Source: Takakia lepidozioides (Eukaryota > Plantae > Bryophyta). From it: 64,000 nt of DNA. The stretch is from contig CM060731.1 in the NCBI GenBank assembly GCA_030704615.1, positions 12,152,001-12,216,000 of the forward strand, in the 5' to 3' direction. Position numbers and translations under genes: made by a program. This document shows, in pieces, positions 59,543-64,000 of the stretch (positions are counted from its first letter, which is position 1; the number at the start of each line of letters is the position of its first letter). The notes below the pieces were generated by a model. It was not told the DNA's origin and did not search any database. It was given only the letters and a program-made list of their open reading frames with translations.

Positions 59543-60290
59543 ATAAAGCATGAAAGAGTTGCCATGACCGTAATCATTTACTCTTTGGGTCTTGTCCTCC
59601 ATGAGGTTGCTTTATCCTGGTGCAGCTAACCTACTTTTAAACCTGTTAGAGGTTTAAAAGTATACAGGAATATGTTTGTTAAAATACAGGCAGCCTCACC
59701 ATGACCGGAACAGAGAGTGCTGATGAAGGCAGTGGCGCGGATGAGAAGGGGCTACCTTTATACAATTACTGAAGGAAGATAAGATACCTCAAATTATTGC
59801 GAAATAATGTTCTAACATTCTTAACTTAGCCCAGTGCCAGTGATTATTTCTTGCAGTGGAGTGCTTCTGGAGAGAAAATTCAAGGGCTTTTTAATGGACA
59901 TCCAAGTCCTCTTGCAGGATAGGGCCAAGAGTAAAGGGCAGTCCCTGAAGTTTAATTTTTATGATTCAACGGACAAGGCTAGTACCAGGATACTGAATCT
60001 ACATGTCAAAACAGGGCAGGTGGAGTGCTCCAATACATACCAAGAATCCTGGCACAACCTAGGAATTCAGCCTGTGCCAACTTATGTACTGATGCCATCA
60101 AAAGATGCTGTGGCCAATGTGGGTTCCTGCCTATCTGACATGTACAAGTCACTCTGAGCACATTTGTGAACAATGCCGCGGGAGACAAGAAGCAGAGAGA
60201 GATACAGGGCACATCCTTACCTTACAGATCAATTCATTAACACCAACCTCCTGATAATACATCATAAGATTCATTATTTCAGTTACTGTC

Positions 60291-63200
60291 TCATCCATCA
60301 TTATGAAAGATCTGTGAGGTAGACCTCCGTGTGCTTCGCCGTAGGTCAGATTGGCCGCGTAAAAAGCGATCTGCAGTGCTGGTAACGCCGCGGGTACGGA
60401 AATCACCACTGCCAGTGTCGCTTCCTATTTCCGAGCTTGCATAACTGGCATAGGGTGAGAGTGGGGGAAGCCCACTACCAGGCTTCCCTGAGTCTGAATC
60501 AGTCAGACTTGAACCCGAATTTTTGCGACGGTGCCTGGTAAGATTTAAGACTGCCATTCCTGCCAGATGGCCTGAAGACCGATTTCTATGTTGATGGAGG
60601 ACACCACTGCGCCTCCCAAGCATTTCAGGACTGATCTCTGGAAGAGCCTCCATAAAGCAGAAAACATTAATACGCGTCCTCTTCAGCTCAAGTGGTAAAT
60701 ACTCCGCAATAAGTTGTTGAAGAATGGCCTGTAGGATGTTATCACAAACTTCGTCACCAAACAGACTCACCTATATACCAATGCAGCTGTTTGTGAATCC
60801 AAATATCCTTCTTTCAGAACATGAGCTTGGTGCTAGCATTAACGCAACATGTATGCGTAAGCAACTGCTTCTCCCCTTCGAATCAAAATCAAATCGAGCG
60901 ATCGCCTCCAAATGGCGGTCGCTGCATTTTTCAAGAATTTACTTAAGTTATTGAAGTGTGGCAAACTCTGCAATGCAAATTTGGCCCTACGTTTCATGTG
61001 TTCCATGATTCAGCTAGACCAGTGGGCACAAAGAACAAGTGCAACAATACCCACCAACACATGAGGTCTGGCTGGTGGGCTCTCCAAGACATAAGATGCA
61101 CAATTAAGCTACAGCCACTTCTGCGCATAAATGAAAAACGTTCTGGAGAGAACCATTACCTGTACCTCCTCGGGTGAGATCAAGTTTGATGCCCTCTCAT
61201 CCAAACCCATGCCATCATCGCTCCCCCGTGTAGACCGCCGACTGTGGCCTGCCTCGCTTTTATCACCAACAAACTCCAGCAGTTTCTCCAAAAGCAAGTC
61301 CCGCAGCTGCCCTGCTGCTTCGTGGGCTGGCCCAGTTAAATAACTTCGAAGAACAGCCTCAATGTACTCCACCTGTGAACAGAAAAATGACATTTCAATA
61401 AGCCAGAGTGCAGCCTGACCCGTCTGTTGATAAGGTGGGTTTAACTACCAAGGGAACTGTTCCTCTTGAAGTCCTCAAAGCAGAAACCCATAGGTGGCAG
61501 TCAAGTCAAGAAAAACCACCCATTCAACATTCTAACTAGGTACAACAGAAGAATACTAGATTCACAGATCAAGGGATATAATTGTACATACAAGTTATGC
61601 TCACAACTACAGACGAACATTTGTTGGTCAGTTGATGTCTAGAATTTCCACGATGCAAACTAGTGCACAGGGGACAGCCCACCTCAAGCATTAGTTGACA
61701 ATAGCCATTGGCATCCAAAACTTTGAGAACCTTGGTCTTATTTTCAGTAAAAACATTCAGTAGCGCATCCATTAGCCCCTCGACAATATGATTGATCACA
61801 TTCTCAACAAAGGGCTTTGCTCCTGCATAAACCTGCCCAAACAACAAACCATGCTCAAATTGTTGTGTGCACATTTTGCATGGAACTTGGTGAGAAAAAT
61901 CTACAAGAGTGCTTCCATAATAGAAGCAGAGTGAGCCCACTGTTTTCAGCATGAATACCCTCCTCTAGTTGATAAGAAGAGCAGAAAATTACGTGAGTTG
62001 CATCAACAGAGCGGAAAAAATATACTGACATCCAATCACCAAGGAAACCTACTTAATCGGTGGGCTCCTGCACACCCTTGGTTTTTCTTCCCAAACTTAC
62101 AGGTACCACCATGGAAGCACAAAATAGAAGTTGTAATGCAGAACAAGCAAGACAATGAGCCAAGTACAACTAGGATAACATACAACTTGGTCTTTGTCAA
62201 AATTTGATCTTCGGAACTACAAAAGACAAAACATACTATGGGCCCAGGGTGGATGGACTTGATTCCCTTTACGCACTCTCCCAAACAGCTGCACTCCCAT
62301 TTTGAATAGAGGGACTTTCATGACTACGGAAAGAGAACAAACCTCCGCATGCACGGACACAAGGGGATGCAGCAACTCCACCACCGCATCTCGGATACCC
62401 TGGAATCAACATAGGACCTTCAGTTCCTCACAAGCATATGAAGGGCTGGTACCTCAAAGAACTTGAGTTTCTATCCTCGTGATTAAGACTTGATAGCCTC
62501 AAAACAATGATCAAGATTGATGTTGCCATTCAGTATATGACAAGAGATGTTTGAAGGTATAATGCCCGTTCCAGAGACACCATGCCTTGATATAAGAGGA
62601 CAACGACAGCACAGGAACTAAGAAACGAAGAAAGGAAATTAGTAGGGAGGAATCATCCAACTACATGACCTTGACAGGCGGAGAAGCAGACCATTGAGTT
62701 CCATCATCCAGCAGGTATGCTGCTGCTGCTGTTCCCACAGCTGTGGCCTGCATGTAATACCCCATGATGAGAACTACAATAAAAAGATTGCAACACGCTA
62801 AATCTGAGCAACTGAGCCAAAAGCTGCATGCACATACATTTAAAATGCAGGTATTTCAGCACAAATGCACCTGGACAAGTAGACTTGCTACTTCCTTCCA
62901 TCATGGCACAACCAACTGAACAAGTCACTCCTTTCCTCAAAATCAACATTCTTCATGCTTGAGTAAGAAATGGGCCTAAACTGTGGATTCAGAGACTCGG
63001 GCATATCCAAGGAAGTGTGAGAAGCTGACTTTGGCGAAATTATATCGACCAAGGATCTTCTCTTCCAAAGCAGACAGAGCAGCTGAGGCCTCTTCGAAAG
63101 TGGCTGCATTACCCCCTGAGCCTCTCCCCTTGCTGCCTTCGTGATGTCTGCAAAGAAGATGACAGTTTTATTTGCAGAAAACAACTTGAGAAGTTGTGAG

Positions 63201-64000
63201 ATTACATTTTCTCCCAAACCATGGTCCCGCACAACAGAAAAAAAGTCACATTATAAGTCCACAACCAATGGTATTGGAACAGACTTTGCATGAGAGCAGA
63301 GTACACAGGAGAATAGTTACCCGTCATAAGACCAAACATGTTGATACTTTATAGAGAGCTCTGGGAGAAGAACAGAGTTGCAAAAACCAGTGTTGCTTAA
63401 CACCATGAGCAGGCGCTGATGTGGATTAATCACCTCCACACCAGCTAGTAGCCCCATGAACTTGTCATGGCCTGGCCATTCCTGCCCATTCCCATTGCCC
63501 ACCCTCTCATCACGGGACACCTGTGCCAACTCGTATGCCAGTTTCTCTAAATTCTCTGTAAACAACATTCCGCCCATTGCACTTGTCATCAGATTTACTT
63601 GCTATAGCCTTTCCACTATGATAGCACTGACCCTAATTGCCACCGTTGTCCATTGAGCAAAACATGAAGCGACAGGAAATCGACTGCACATAATAAAGTC
63701 AATACAGAGACTATTAAAGCATAAAACCATCTTTCAGTTTAGCAGGCTTTCCAGGACAAGCTAACCAGCCAGGGTGACGAAGCACTCGAAGAAAGTATAG
63801 CGGACGTTGTCTTGCATTTGGTGAAGTTGGCTGATTGTGTCCTCATGCCGTTCAGGTGCATCTCTCTTCAGCCTCTCAAGCATCCTAAAAGAGAAAAAAA
63901 CAGGGTAGCATTGATCCATATCGGTCAACCAAGAATAAACACACTACGTATGAATTGTTCATTCTTACACACGTTACACTCCTACAAGAAAGAGGTAAGG
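60291..64000 (-). CDS. SEC5: Exocyst complex component SEC5/EXOC2, 3' exons (gene continues beyond the window)
   Basis: Reads PHQRLLMVLSNTGFC...|YLLDDGTQWSASPPVK|GIRDAVVELLHPLVSVHAE|VYAGAKP...IVEGLMDALL...LDANGYCQLMLE|VEYIEAVL...LLEKLLE...RRSTRGSDD|...ELKRTRINVFCFME. Confidence 0.92.

Overview
This is eukaryotic nuclear DNA from a land plant. The spliceosomal GT-AG genes, the style of the PLS-class PPR/DYW editing factors and the TE content suggest a non-seed plant such as a bryophyte, lycophyte or fern (inference). Six multi-exon housekeeping genes can be traced by hand: a clade-H-like PP2C (-), a UAP56-interacting export factor of the UIEF/UIF type (+), TEX10/IPI1 (-), a NUDT6/AtNUDX2-10-type Nudix hydrolase (-), WDR4/TRM82 (-) and the 3' part of exocyst SEC5 (-). 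Four PPR/DYW-derived loci are at different stages of decay: an intact 17-motif PLS array whose E2-DYW tail is dead, a frameshifted PLS-DYW pseudogene, an orphan DYW lacking its catalytic motif, and a PPR fragment inside a MULE remnant. The first 7 kb is a TE nest. It holds a head-to-tail non-autonomous Helitron array with captured cargo, a SINE-like element, a perfect hAT MITE, a CACTA end, a Copia 3' end and a frameshifted fungal-type Uma2/PD-(D/E)xK nuclease gene. The 35-40 kb region holds a second hAT MITE and a rearranged MULE remnant, and a Tourist MITE lies at 45 kb. Family assignments come from recalled motifs, not database searches.
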